From: an uncultured Methanolobus sp.
GTDB taxonomy: Archaea > Halobacteriota > Methanosarcinia > Methanosarcinales > Methanosarcinaceae
Reading direction: 5' to 3'
NCBI GenBank assembly: GCA_963675495.1
Contig: OY776215.1
Location: 2,080,001-2,144,000, forward strand
Length of the DNA: 64,000 nt
Part shown: one piece after another, positions 9,603 through 20,645 of the stretch
Numbering within the stretch: position 1 is the stretch's first letter
How the letters are laid out: the number at the start of each line of letters is the position of its first letter
The notes under the pieces: generated by a model
What the model was told of the DNA's origin: nothing
What the model saw: only the letters and a program-made list of their open reading frames with translations
The model's database searches: none
Program-made: the position numbers and the translations under genes

Positions 9603-9867
9603 TTGTCACACACTAAGGTGATGTGATCGAATGTCCCAAATGGTACGATATGGGCATCACTAAAACCCGCCAAAAACGGAATTGGATTACACAGGAATGT
9701 GAACGTTAGGTACTTCCCCCTCAGTATCTCTTAAAAAACGTTTGCGCACGTTCACATTTCCTCCGTCGATTCATCCAGGGTGGAGTATAAGCAAAGGGAG
9801 AAGGGTATAAAAAGTGAAGAATTTGCATTCCGACTTTCACGGAATGCGGGGTTATTGTCATTTCACT
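9603..9867 (+). ncRNA. Candidate intergenic sRNA, possibly with a 10-aa sORF (9631-9663)
   Basis: TTTATATA at 9572-9579; GGTGA RBS; inverted repeats 9693-9706/9748-9762 and 9820-9853. Confidence 0.4.
9825..9848. terminator. Hairpin GCATTCCG-ACTTTCA-CGGAATGC
   Basis: Perfect 8-bp stem just past the stop of the minus-strand TPR gene. Confidence 0.5.
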
Positions 9868-12324
9868 TCACTCAATACCTTCATCTATCTTTCTGGCAGT
9901 TTCATACATCCACGATGCATCTTCTTTTCTTCCCATTAGTTCCAGGGTATATCCAAGATTTTGCAGTGTAATGGTCACATTAGAGCGGTATGCCGGGTTA
10001 TCAGGCTCTAGCTCCATAATCTCTGCATAGGTCTTCAGGGCATTTTCATAACTTTTCTTTGCATCAGTATGCATTTCCATGCTAAGGAAAAATGAACCTA
10101 TTCCATCCAGTACACCTGCATAATCAAGTTGATGTGCTGTGTTTGAAGGATCCGCATCCATCAATGACCTGTAAGTTTCAAGAGACATCTCATATCTAGC
10201 CTTTGCTTCATCACTGTTATTCTGGTTTGTTGCCAGCTCTGCTACTCTTGCATGTAAGGCTGCAATCCTTTCAATTGGATAAATGCTCTCTGGTTCCAGT
10301 TCAGCCAGTACTTTATAGGCATCAAGGGCATAGTTGCACATGTATCCTGCTTCTTCAACATCTCCTTTTTCGGAAAGGACATGCGCGATGTTCTCAATAA
10401 CAGATGCACGGTTGGTATGGATCGAAACATCATTTCCATTCATTTCCAGCAGCTTGTTATATCTTGTAAGCAGGAATTCGAGTATTTCAAGTTCTTCAGA
10501 TCCCTGTTTTGTGCCAGCTGATACTTTAAGCTTTTCAAGCAGTTTGATTATTTTAGGCAAGTATGTGGTTTCGGTTTCCTGAAGTTGCTCGTATAATTGA
10601 AGTGCTTCTATGTTTTGCCCCATTGCAACCATAACGTCAGCTATCTTTCCCTGTAGTTCTTTGATCCTGGTTACATTTTTCCCATTATCATCGGATACAA
10701 GTCCAAGTAATTCAGTTCTTATTTCCAGTATATTGTCATACTCTTTTTTCAGGGTCTCTACATTTCCTGTATTATCTGCCTGTTTTTCTTTTTCAAGCAA
10801 AATATCATCTATCTTTTCAACATACTTCCTGTCAGAGTTCCCTGTCTTTATAAGCTGAATATAACTGCTCAAAGCATCATCTATCTGTCCAAGATTTAGC
10901 TGTGTTCGTGCTATGTTTTCCAGAACTTCATTCATTTTGGAATCATCCCCTGTTGCATGTGTGACAGTTTCGAACGTCATGAGAGCTTTTTTGAAATTTT
11001 CAAGAGCTTCTGTGTGAGCATCCTTTTCGGTAAAAATCTTACCTATTTCATAGCAAATTTCTGCATTTATCAGTCCAAATTCCAGACTTTCCTGACTCAC
11101 TGTCAAAATATTTGTTTCCAGCTTTTTATATAATCCCAATTTAGTATCGATGTCATCTGTCAGTTCTACAAGTGCAAGCATGTCCTCTACAATAGACACT
11201 CCTGCCTGCAGGCTTGAACTATCCTCTAATTCATTTTTAAGGACTTTTAATGCAATGTCAACAGATTCTTCAATTCTCTGAATTGCTTCCTCAATTCTGC
11301 CTGCTTCTTTTAGCAGGTTCCCAATAATATCAAGAGAAAAAGCTACATTTAGCTGGTAAGATGTATTTGATGGCATGGATGCCAGTAATTTTCTGGACAT
11401 TTCCAGGATCGATCCATATCTTTCCAGCAATTTTTCAGATTGCTCTTCATTTTCCAGAAGCCTGTTCATGTCCCTGAGAAGTTTAGTAAGCATTTTCCTG
11501 TTAGCAGGTTCATCCGGATCTTCATCAAACTGCTTTGAAACGATTTCCAGTGTTTCCTGAAGTTTCATGAATGCAGCATCATGTTTTCCTTCGTTCTCGA
11601 GTATGCGTGCAAAATTCTGTAAAACCGTGGGCATTTTTGAAGACTCAACATTATTCTCACGTGTTTCTTCAAGGTATGTTTCCAGTAATTGCCCATACCT
11701 TTCCTCGTCCATTACGCTTGTACTTTCCACAGGAATGTTCAGCAGGTTTCCAAGTATTGTGATTCTCTTGAGTTGATATTCAACATCTCCTTTCTCGTCA
11801 TCAGATGTCTTTTCATAGAGCGTGAAAGCTTCTTCAAATCTCTCCAAAGCTTCATCATTTTCTCCCATTTCAGCAAGCAGCGCACCCATGTTGTTGAGTG
11901 TTGAAACTGCATTTGATATGTGTGATGTGTTTGAAGGCTCTTTTTCAATTAGTTCCCTGTAGATCTGTGCAGATGTCTCGTATTTATCTCTGGCTTCTTC
12001 TTTCCTTTCTAGATTCTCAAGGACAGTTCCCATATTGCTGAACATACTTGCTCTTTGTTCAGGATCCATATATTCCGGATTTTTTTCAAGGATATCAGAA
12101 GCTGCAATGTATCTATCAAGTGCTGCTTCTTTTTTGTCATGTGAATACAACAGGTCTGCGTATGTCTGCAATACTGCTACCAGTATCTGAGGTGATTCTG
12201 CTTCCTTTGCCTGCTCTTCAGCCAGTTCAAGGGTTTCAAGCGCATCTTCATGCAGTCCTTTCTCAATGAGGCTTACTCCTTTGTTGAAGTGCCTGAATGC
12301 CATATCTCTTGCTCTTTTGGACAT
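9868..12324 (-). CDS. Large acidic tetratricopeptide-repeat protein
   Basis: Many TPR-like helices (STLNNMGALL, TLQNLGYTL); start reassigned to MSKRARD. Confidence 0.85.
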   Translation of the reverse strand: MSKRARDMAFRHFNKGVSLIEKGLHEDALETLELAEEQAKEAESPQILVAVLQTYADLLYSHDKKEAALDRYIAASDILEKNPEYMDPEQRASMFSNMGTVLENLERKEEARDKYETSAQIYRELIEKEPSNTSHISNAVSTLNNMGALLAEMGENDEALERFEEAFTLYEKTSDDEKGDVEYQLKRITILGNLLNIPVESTSVMDEERYGQLLETYLEETRENNVESSKMPTVLQNFARILENEGKHDAAFMKLQETLEIVSKQFDEDPDEPANRKMLTKLLRDMNRLLENEEQSEKLLERYGSILEMSRKLLASMPSNTSYQLNVAFSLDIIGNLLKEAGRIEEAIQRIEESVDIALKVLKNELEDSSSLQAGVSIVEDMLALVELTDDIDTKLGLYKKLETNILTVSQESLEFGLINAEICYEIGKIFTEKDAHTEALENFKKALMTFETVTHATGDDSKMNEVLENIARTQLNLGQIDDALSSYIQLIKTGNSDRKYVEKIDDILLEKEKQADNTGNVETLKKEYDNILEIRTELLGLVSDDNGKNVTRIKELQGKIADVMVAMGQNIEALQLYEQLQETETTYLPKIIKLLEKLKVSAGTKQGSEELEILEFLLTRYNKLLEMNGNDVSIHTNRASVIENIAHVLSEKGDVEEAGYMCNYALDAYKVLAELEPESIYPIERIAALHARVAELATNQNNSDEAKARYEMSLETYRSLMDADPSNTAHQLDYAGVLDGIGSFFLSMEMHTDAKKSYENALKTYAEIMELEPDNPAYRSNVTITLQNLGYTLELMGRKEDASWMYETARKIDEGIE

Positions 12325-12439
12325 ATTGCTCTCGGTTCTTTGATAATGATGGTTAACAAGATAGCTCATACTATTTATTTTCTGCCGGGAAAATAATAAT
12401 GAATGATTGCATTGGTTCTGCTTTTTAGGTGGAAGTATC

Positions 12440-13036
12440 TTATTTAATAGTAACCCTGTTCTTAGTTACATTGATAACCTTTTCTATAAATTCATCTTTG
12501 AACTCTGAATAAACCTCTAATTTAAAATGCACAACATCAGAGTAATCAATTTCATCAATTGTTCCATATTCAGGCATCATCTTGTTGATAGTGTCAATGT
12601 CCGAATAATCTGAATCTATATGTATGCTTGTCGTTTCGTGGATCTCTATGATCCCGGCACTCTCTATGGCTTCGATCGCAGTTTCCCTGTATGCTCTGGC
12701 AAGCCCTCCAAAACCCAGTTTAACACCGCCAAAATATCTGCTTACGACCACAGCCACATTGCTTAGTTCCTTCATCTCCAGTATCTTGAATACTGGTTTT
12801 CCTGAGCTTCCTGCAGGTTCTCCGTCGTCATCATACTTCATAGCAAGCACATTATCCGCATTTATGAGGTATGCGGAAACGTTATGATTTGCATCACTAT
12901 GTTTATTTTTGATCAGATTGATGAAGTCCTTCGCTTCACATTCATTCTTTACAGGAACTGCGGAAGCAATAAAGGTCGAGTTCTTGAAATCCTGCTGTGA
13001 ATGACCGGTTTCTTTCAATGTCCTATGACTTGGCAA
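12440..13036 (-). CDS. YigZ/IMPACT family protein
   Basis: ANHNVSAY, DDGEPAGSSG, RYFGGVKLGFGGLARAY. Confidence 0.92.
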   Translation of the reverse strand: MPSHRTLKETGHSQQDFKNSTFIASAVPVKNECEAKDFINLIKNKHSDANHNVSAYLINADNVLAMKYDDDGEPAGSSGKPVFKILEMKELSNVAVVVSRYFGGVKLGFGGLARAYRETAIEAIESAGIIEIHETTSIHIDSDYSDIDTINKMMPEYGTIDEIDYSDVVHFKLEVYSEFKDEFIEKVINVTKNRVTIK

Positions 13037-13167
13037 TTAAATTCTCCACAACAAATATATACTAGGTTTTATAAATGTCGGATTGAATTAGATAAAAGTA
13101 AATACTTAAAAATGCTATATGATTACTTATAAGTGTTAGCACCTTATTATTTCTCTCAGGTAATGTC

Positions 13168-16100
13168 ATGCTCGTTAAAAACCTTGCTCTTTATGTAATA
13201 ATCCTTCTGGCAGTATTTTATATCTGTCCTTTAGCTGGCAGTTTAGGACAGGAAGCCAGTGGCTTGAATTCGATTGGAGTTTCGCTTACTAAGAATGGGA
13301 CTTATGATGAAGCCCTTCTATATTATGATAAAGCGCTTGAAGCAGATCCAGATTATATTCAGGCACTGGACAATAGAGGTTCGACACTTTTTCTGATGGG
13401 GGATTATACTGAAGCATCAAAGACGTATGACCGAATACTTTCCAGTTATCCTGATTCCCCAGTTGCTCTTTTCAAAAAAGCTCTTTCACTGTCAGGGCAG
13501 GAAGACTATGAAGGGGCTCTCATTTATTATAACCGGTCCCTTCAATTGCTATCAAATGAAAGTGTTTCAGATTACGAAACAATTTTTGATATTGGTCTTT
13601 TTTCCTTTGAGGAAGTTTCCCTTAGATCAGAAATAAATGGTGTAGATCATGACCTCAGAATTCCAAGTGTATGGTATCAAAAAGCACTGACACTTGAAGC
13701 TCTTGGAAGACACAATGAATCTCTTTATTATTATGACCAGATACTGGATTTTGCAAATTCACATTCAGGCGAACTTTCAAGGCATGCCAGCAGTTTATAT
13801 GAACTTGGCAAATACAATGAATCCATAAGTGTTTATAATGAAGCTCTTGGGGTCGAACCTGATAATACTGCTTATTGGTATGGAAAAGGTCTTGCCTACG
13901 ACGCCCTGGGTGATTTTCAGAATGCTATTACATGTTATGATCGGGCTTTAGAATTCGAACCTGACAATATCAATGCACATTATAATAAGGCCCTGGACCT
14001 TGAGAATATGGGGCAACTTGAAATTGCAGTGAAGCAATACGATTCACTGATCACGGTGGACCCATATGCAGTTGATGCATGGTACAAAATGGGAAAAGCC
14101 TATGAGCAGCTTGGAAATTTTGAATCGGCCCTGAAAGCCTACGACCAGTTCCTCATTTATCAACCTGAAAATGCTGAGGTATGGACTCGCAAAGGTGCTG
14201 TCCTTGATATCATGGGAAAGTATTCAGAGGCCATAGAAGCTTATGATAAAGCATTGAAACTTGGACCCGATAGTACAACAGTAGAGGCTTTTGGTTCGGG
14301 AGCTGCTTTATTCGGTGTTCCTGTGGGAGTTTTAGATTGTTACGGAAGTACTCCTGAATTCAAATCAGATTCTGCTTTGCTGTGGTTCAACAAAGGTCTT
14401 GCCTTCTATAAGATGGCTGACTATGAAAGTGCGATAGTGGCACTTGATAATGCAGGTGAAATTGAACCTGGTTTCCCACTTATCTGGTATAAAAAAGCCA
14501 ATGCATATGATAGTCTTGAGTTATACGATGAAGCCATTGATGAATACGAAAAGGCTCTGAAGATCGATAGTTCATGTTCAAGGGTTCACTATGATCTTGC
14601 CCTTGACTACGATCGACTTGGTGAATACAACGCCGCACAAAAAGCATATTCCCGAGCTGTAAAGCTGGAGCCAAACTTCACAGCAGCCCTTTATAATAGG
14701 GGACTTGATCTTGATAATCTCGGTAAATATGATGATTCTGTTGAAGTTTACGACAAAGTGCTTGAGTTACATCCTGACTCTGTTGATGCATGGCTCAGGA
14801 AAGGCAATGCTTTGCATGAACTCCGCAGATACAAAGAAGCCATGGTATCCTATGAACAGGTGCTTCAATTGGATCCGACCCATTCAGTGGCCAGATTCCA
14901 GTTGAGTACAAATCAGGATTTACTTGGGGACACTAAAAGCTCATTTTCGCACTATCCGAGGACTTCCACGTTCTTTGGGGTAATGGACGAAGATATTTTC
15001 AGTTCGGACATATTGATCTGGTATACTTCAGATTCGTTTTCAAATGGCAACACCAATAGTCTGGCTCACGCAGAAATACTTGGGGATGTCATCAGTTACG
15101 ACAAAGTGTGGGTTTCAAGGGGCTCTACCTTTGAAAATATGTTGATGACGGACAAAGCAATTGATTCTTATACAAAAGCCATACTCCTTAACCCCGAATC
15201 TGCAGAGGCATGGGCAAGCATGGCGGCATCCTATGATCAGCTTGGTAATTACGCTGATGCGGTTGTCTGTTATGAAAATGCAGTATTACTTAAACCTGAC
15301 AATTTACAGGCCTGGTACAAGAAAGGTCTTTCACATTATAATAACGGAGATAATGAAATGGCAGTTGACTCCTTCAACAAGGTACTGGAGAAAGAACCTG
15401 CAAATTATGATGCTCTTTACTTTAAGGCTTCAGCCTATGATGATCTCGGCATGTATAACGAGTCTCTCCAATCTTACAATACCATACTTCAGAAGGATGC
15501 CCAGAACACGGATGTCTGGTACAGGGCAGGCTATGCTGCATACCAGCTTGGAACTTATGACAGGTCGATAGACGCTTTCAACAATGTTCTAAAATATGAT
15601 CCGACAAATGCCACTGTGCTTAAATTCCAAAGCAGCTCCGCTGTGGGGCTTGGAAGATACGAAATTGCACTTAGTTTCTACGAAAGGATGCTTTCTGTCA
15701 CTCCTACGGATTCTATTGCAATGTTCGGGCAGGCATCAGTCTATGAAAAGCTTGGTAAATATGAGGAAGCAATTGAAACTTACGACAGTATCCTTGAATT
15801 AGAACCTGATAATTCCAGGGCTCTGAACAGCAAAGGTTTTACTTACTATCTTATGGGAGACCTGGCAAGTGCTTCGTCAACGTTTGAAATGGCGGCAAGT
15901 TCTGATCCGACCAGTGCATCTGCCTGGTATCATCTGGGTATGCTGTCGTACCTGAGAAGCAGTCACACAGGTTCCATCCACTATTATGAGAAGGCACTGG
16001 AACTTGACCCCACATGTACTACTGGCTGGTATAACAAAGGTTTCATCCACAATATCCTCGGAGATGCCGATGCTGCAGTGGAATGCTATGATAAGGTGCT

Positions 16101-16329
16101 GGCCATAGATCCAAATTCCACATCTGCCTTGTACAACAAGCAGTTTGCACTGTATCGTATTGGTAAATCCGTTACAGCAGATGCAACAAAAGAGCAACTG
16201 GATGCAATTGATCCGGGTTTTGTAGCTTCCCTTGATGACAGAGGTACTAAATTCTTCCTGCCGTCTGTTTATAGTGATACACTGGATTATGAATTGCCTC
16301 ACAGGTGGTACAACAGTTCACTTGCATGA
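13168..16329 (+). CDS. Secreted/membrane-anchored TPR protein (1053 aa)
   Basis: N-terminal signal-like segment; about 20 canonical TPRs (AWY-KG...A...YDKAL-DP). Confidence 0.88.
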   Translation: MLVKNLALYVIILLAVFYICPLAGSLGQEASGLNSIGVSLTKNGTYDEALLYYDKALEADPDYIQALDNRGSTLFLMGDYTEASKTYDRILSSYPDSPVALFKKALSLSGQEDYEGALIYYNRSLQLLSNESVSDYETIFDIGLFSFEEVSLRSEINGVDHDLRIPSVWYQKALTLEALGRHNESLYYYDQILDFANSHSGELSRHASSLYELGKYNESISVYNEALGVEPDNTAYWYGKGLAYDALGDFQNAITCYDRALEFEPDNINAHYNKALDLENMGQLEIAVKQYDSLITVDPYAVDAWYKMGKAYEQLGNFESALKAYDQFLIYQPENAEVWTRKGAVLDIMGKYSEAIEAYDKALKLGPDSTTVEAFGSGAALFGVPVGVLDCYGSTPEFKSDSALLWFNKGLAFYKMADYESAIVALDNAGEIEPGFPLIWYKKANAYDSLELYDEAIDEYEKALKIDSSCSRVHYDLALDYDRLGEYNAAQKAYSRAVKLEPNFTAALYNRGLDLDNLGKYDDSVEVYDKVLELHPDSVDAWLRKGNALHELRRYKEAMVSYEQVLQLDPTHSVARFQLSTNQDLLGDTKSSFSHYPRTSTFFGVMDEDIFSSDILIWYTSDSFSNGNTNSLAHAEILGDVISYDKVWVSRGSTFENMLMTDKAIDSYTKAILLNPESAEAWASMAASYDQLGNYADAVVCYENAVLLKPDNLQAWYKKGLSHYNNGDNEMAVDSFNKVLEKEPANYDALYFKASAYDDLGMYNESLQSYNTILQKDAQNTDVWYRAGYAAYQLGTYDRSIDAFNNVLKYDPTNATVLKFQSSSAVGLGRYEIALSFYERMLSVTPTDSIAMFGQASVYEKLGKYEEAIETYDSILELEPDNSRALNSKGFTYYLMGDLASASSTFEMAASSDPTSASAWYHLGMLSYLRSSHTGSIHYYEKALELDPTCTTGWYNKGFIHNILGDADAAVECYDKVLAIDPNSTSALYNKQFALYRIGKSVTADATKEQLDAIDPGFVASLDDRGTKFFLPSVYSDTLDYELPHRWYNSSLA

Positions 16330-16384
16330 AGTGTGACTCTGTTTATCACATAAGATTTATCGTGTATTGGGGCAATTACGCCCC

Positions 16385-17041
16385 ATGCTAAATTCCCTTA
16401 TTTTTGACATGGATGGTGTACTTGTCGATTCCATGACATACCATGCACAGGCGTGGATACAGGTTTCAAGTGAGGTTGGTGTCAATGTCACGCCTGCAGA
16501 TATATTTGAGATAGAAGGTGCCAATCACAGGCTTGGTCTGCAGTGGCTCTTCCAGAAAGCAGGCAGGGATTTTGAGCCGGAGATGTATGAAAAGGTTCTT
16601 CAAAGGAAGATCGAGATATTTACAAGCATTGCCGATGTGAAAGCTTACGATGGTATGGCAGATTGTCTCATGGCACTTAAGGATAATTTCAGTCTGGCAG
16701 TGGTTACAGGTTCCGAAAGGGCCACTGTTGAATCTTTCATGGATCAGTTCTTCCCGGGCATCTTTGATGTTGTGGTCTCTGGTGAGGATGTACACTATGG
16801 AAAGCCGTATCCTGAACCTTACCTCAAAGCTGTTGAGATGCTTGGCATTGCAAAGGACGAGTGTATTGTAATAGAGAATGCACCCATGGGTGTTGAATCT
16901 GCAAAAAAGGCAGGTCTTTACTGTGTAGGTGTGCCAACGTATGTCTCTCCTGATAAACTATCTGAGGCAGACCTGATATTGGGAGACCATGGAATGCTGC
17001 AGAACTATCTCTATAATATTCTTGAAGACCAGGATTCGTAA
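16385..17041 (+). CDS. HAD-family phosphatase (beta-phosphoglucomutase-like)
   Basis: FDMDGVL, VVTGS, GKPYPEPY, VIENAPMG. Confidence 0.9.
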   Translation: MLNSLIFDMDGVLVDSMTYHAQAWIQVSSEVGVNVTPADIFEIEGANHRLGLQWLFQKAGRDFEPEMYEKVLQRKIEIFTSIADVKAYDGMADCLMALKDNFSLAVVTGSERATVESFMDQFFPGIFDVVVSGEDVHYGKPYPEPYLKAVEMLGIAKDECIVIENAPMGVESAKKAGLYCVGVPTYVSPDKLSEADLILGDHGMLQNYLYNILEDQDS

Positions 17042-17073
17042 GTTTTTAAAACTAATCTTCCAATATACTTAGC

Positions 17074-17796
17074 ATGGAAGAAAATGCTGAAGCTGATATG
17101 AAAGAGATGCTTGCAAATAACATGCACAGTCTGAAGGAACTTTTCCGTGAGACTCCCAGTATGGAACACCTTCTCCAGATAGTCGCTACTTATCATGGGA
17201 TGGAGAAAACCGAACGTGGTATTGGTTTTGCAGAAGCTTTCATCATGCAGATAGATGATGAAAAGGACAGGCTGGTGCAAACCTCTATGGTTCTGGAAAT
17301 GGTGGACGAAAATGAAGAGGCACTTTCTTATCTTGATGAAGCTGAGAGCAAATTCCCTGATGATGCTCAGGTGAAAAACCATCGGGGCATGCTTTTGAAC
17401 AAGTTGACGGAATTTGAGAAGGCTCTCCCAATATATGAAGGTCTGCTGGAAATAAGTCCTAAATCCCTTGAATCACTTTCAGGTAAACTGATAGCATTGA
17501 CAGGACTTGAAAGACATGGGGATGTGCTCAAATTGTATAAAACGTCTATTGCTATAACACCCTCAAATCCCCAGGATTGGCATTTCAAGGGAGTAATTGA
17601 TGGAATCCTCAAGGATTATTTTGAATCTGAAAAAGGCGATTCTATTACTGAAGGCCAGGCTGACAAATTGTCTCAGAGTTTTAATTCTATCGACCATATA
17701 ATAGATGGACTTGGACCTGAGGTTCGTAATTTTTATATGATGGGAAATTTTGCAGGCAAAGACATATATCATGAAATACTGGAAAACAAAGGCTGA
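17074..17796 (+). CDS. Hypothetical protein with degenerate TPRs
   Basis: Helical TPR-like repeats in the central part. Confidence 0.65.
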   Translation: MEENAEADMKEMLANNMHSLKELFRETPSMEHLLQIVATYHGMEKTERGIGFAEAFIMQIDDEKDRLVQTSMVLEMVDENEEALSYLDEAESKFPDDAQVKNHRGMLLNKLTEFEKALPIYEGLLEISPKSLESLSGKLIALTGLERHGDVLKLYKTSIAITPSNPQDWHFKGVIDGILKDYFESEKGDSITEGQADKLSQSFNSIDHIIDGLGPEVRNFYMMGNFAGKDIYHEILENKG

Positions 17797-17930
17797 GTTT
17801 TCCAATATTTTTATTAAGAAATCCCTTTTTATTTCCTTTTTGTATGTTAATTGCTTGTATTTTATCCCTATTGGGATTGTTTTTCTCTTAAAAGGGTAAC
17901 TTTTATAATGGTTTTTTCCACATTTGCTAT

Positions 17931-19181
17931 ATGGACAAGTACAGTGTGAAATGCCTTCAATGTGGCGAAGTTCATGATTCTTATTCACTAAACTGTAAAA
18001 TGGATGATGATTCTCTCCTTCGTGCTTATTATGCATCAAAACAGTTGATTCCAACAGATATGCCAGGTATATGGAAATACTACAATTGGTTGCCTGCCAC
18101 TGGTATTATAGAAGAAGGTTCTGGAAGAACGGTAACTTATAAAAGTGAGGGTCTTGCTTCAGCCATCGGCCTTGATGACCTTTGGATTGCTTTTAACGGT
18201 TACTGGCCGCAGAGGAATGCATACCTGATGACATGCACCTTCAAGGACCTCGAGTCATTCCCGACCATGCAGAGACTCAGAGAACAGGAAGATAAAAGAA
18301 TAATGGTTGTGGCATCTGCAGGTAACACAGCCAGGGCATTTGCCCATGTATGCAGTATAACCGGACAGCCACTTCTCCTTGTGGTCCCAAAGGAAAGTGT
18401 TCACAGGTTGTGGACATTACATGACGATAATCATTCGGTTTGCCTTGTAACTGTGGAAGGTGACTACTTCGATGCCATAGCTCTTGCAGGCAAGATAGCA
18501 TCCAGAAAAGGTTTTGTGAACGAGGGCGGTGCCAAAAATATTGCCAGACGCGATGGCATGGGAACTGTAATGCTGGATGCGGTCCTGACTTCCAATGAAC
18601 TGCCTGCTCATTATTTCCAGGCAGTGGGAAGTGGTACCGGCGGTATCTCCGCATGGGAAGCATCCATGAGGTTACTTGAAGATGGAAGGTTTGGAAAGAC
18701 CCTGCCAAAACTTCATCTGGGTCAAAGTCTCCCATGCGCTCCGCTTTATTCTCTGTGGCATGATGTTGATGCAGTTGATGCCACATGTCCAGATGGAATG
18801 TATGATGATGTTCTCTTTAACAGGAAACCGCCTTTCGTTGTAAAGGGTGGCGTAAAAGATGCCCTTGAAGCAACTAACGGCAATATCTATGCTGTGAGCA
18901 ACAAGGAGGCATCCGATGCTCAGGAACTCTTTGAGACTTCAGAGGGTATAGACCTAAACCCGGCTGCTGCAGTCGCAGTTGCTACACTGATGCAGGCTGT
19001 AAAAGCTGGTAATGTAAAGTCCGACGAAAAAATAGTTCTCAATATCACAGGTGGCGGACAAAAACGTTTGACGGCGGATCATGAATTAAAACAACTACCT
19101 GTTTGGCTTGCGGTATCGGCAAAAGATGAAGATGCAGAGAATAAGGTAGTAAAAAAAGTAGCAGAAAAATTTGGTGTATAA
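17931..19181 (+). CDS. L-cysteate synthase (PLP, threonine-synthase fold), coenzyme M biosynthesis
   Basis: [11 protein letters not shown] lysine, [22 protein letters not shown]; same operon as comDE. Confidence 0.92.
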   Translation: MDKYSVKCLQCGEVHDSYSLNCKMDDDSLLRAYYASKQLIPTDMPGIWKYYNWLPATGIIEEGSGRTVTYKSEGLASAIGLDDLWIAFNGYWPQRNAYLMTCTFKDLESFPTMQRLREQEDKRIMVVASAGNTARAFAHVCSITGQPLLLVVPKESVHRLWTLHDDNHSVCLVTVEGDYFDAIALAGKIASRKGFVNEGGAKNIARRDGMGTVMLDAVLTSNELPAHYFQAVGSGTGGISAWEASMRLLEDGRFGKTLPKLHLGQSLPCAPLYSLWHDVDAVDATCPDGMYDDVLFNRKPPFVVKGGVKDALEATNGNIYAVSNKEASDAQELFETSEGIDLNPAAAVAVATLMQAVKAGNVKSDEKIVLNITGGGQKRLTADHELKQLPVWLAVSAKDEDAENKVVKKVAEKFGV

Positions 19182-19183
19182 TT

Positions 19184-19948
19184 ATGACTGAAATAATCAC
19201 TCTTACTATACTAGGCGGCGTTGACAAGGACGGTGTTGATGAGCCCATAAGATCAGTTGACATCTCCCGCGGTGAGATCGTGGGCATTGTAGGCCCCACA
19301 GGCTCCGGAAAAAGCACACTTATTGATGACATAGAGCAATTGGCCCAGGGAGACACTCCAACCGGCAGGACACTTCTTATAAACGGTGAAAAACCGGATG
19401 CAAATATACGTGTGGACCCGCGCAAGAAACTCGTTGCCCAGCTCTCACAGAACATGCATTTCCTTGCGGATATGACAGTTGAGGAATTCCTGCAGATGCA
19501 CGCACGCAGCAGGGGCAAGGATGCAAGCCTTGTCGCAAGGGTCATCGAGCTTGCAAATACACTTACAGGCGAACCCATCGCTGCACATCATCATCTGACC
19601 GCTCTTAGCGGAGGTCAGTCCCGGTCACTCATGACTGCAGATATTGCAGTGATCAGCGATTCCCCAGTGGTACTCATCGATGAAGTAGAGAATGCCGGTA
19701 TTAAAAAACAGGAAGCTCTTGAGTTACTTGCAGGAGAAGGCAAGATAGTTGTCGTTGTTACACATGATCCTGTGCTTGCCCTGATGTCATCCCGCAGGAT
19801 CGTTATCCGAAACGGTGGCATGGTGGATATAATCAGCACAAGCTTACAGGAACAGGATGTTTGTGACAGGATCACAGAGGTCGATAACTGGCTCATGTCC
19901 CTCAGGGAAACCATCAGGCGCGGGGATATCGTTGAGGGCGTCGCATGA
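19184..19948 (+). CDS. Stand-alone ABC-type ATPase (no permease)
   Basis: [22 protein letters not shown]. Confidence 0.88.
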   Translation: MTEIITLTILGGVDKDGVDEPIRSVDISRGEIVGIVGPTGSGKSTLIDDIEQLAQGDTPTGRTLLINGEKPDANIRVDPRKKLVAQLSQNMHFLADMTVEEFLQMHARSRGKDASLVARVIELANTLTGEPIAAHHHLTALSGGQSRSLMTADIAVISDSPVVLIDEVENAGIKKQEALELLAGEGKIVVVVTHDPVLALMSSRRIVIRNGGMVDIISTSLQEQDVCDRITEVDNWLMSLRETIRRGDIVEGVA

Positions 19949-20643
19949 AACTGGTTGTAATTGCAGGGACTCCTGGCTCTGGAAAGACATCTGTGCTGCT
20001 CCACGCCATCAAAGCTCTCATGAAGCACGAAAAAAGGCCAGCTGTTGTTAAAGTAGACTGCCTCTGGACAGATGATGACCAGCGTTTCAAGAAACTGGAT
20101 ATTCCGGTTCATGTGGGCCTTGCCAAGGACATGTGTCCTGACCACTTTACCATTTACAACACCGATGAAATGCTCAAATGGGCAGAGGACGAAGGTGCCG
20201 ATGTCCTGCTAAGTGAAACGGCCGGACTTTGCCTGCGCTGTGCTCCGTACCCGGATGAGTGTCTTGCAGTTTGTGTAATAGATGTAACCACAGGTCCGAA
20301 CACTCCATTGAAAGTTGGTCCTCTTCTTACAACAGCTGATGTTGTTGTCACAACAAAAGGTGACCTTGTATCTCAGGCAGAGCGGGAGGTTTTCAGGGAA
20401 CGTGTGCTTGAAGTTAACCCCGGATGTAAGATCGTGGAAGCCAACGGACTTACCGGTAAAGGCTCATTCGAGTTTGCAGAACTAATACGCTCCGGTCCTG
20501 ATGTCTGTGATAATATGATTTTACGCTATAATCCTCCACTTGCAATATGTTCCCTGTGTACCGGGGAAACCCGTGTTGCAAGGAAACATCATATGGGTGT
20601 CCTCAGAAGCCTTGATGGCTTTATGGAATACAAAGGAGAATAA
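19945..20643 (+). CDS. HypB/UreG/CobW-like (G3E) metallochaperone GTPase
   Basis: [29 protein letters not shown]; ATGA overlap with upstream gene. Confidence 0.85.
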   Translation: MKLVVIAGTPGSGKTSVLLHAIKALMKHEKRPAVVKVDCLWTDDDQRFKKLDIPVHVGLAKDMCPDHFTIYNTDEMLKWAEDEGADVLLSETAGLCLRCAPYPDECLAVCVIDVTTGPNTPLKVGPLLTTADVVVTTKGDLVSQAEREVFRERVLEVNPGCKIVEANGLTGKGSFEFAELIRSGPDVCDNMILRYNPPLAICSLCTGETRVARKHHMGVLRSLDGFMEYKGE

Positions 20644-20645
20644 CT

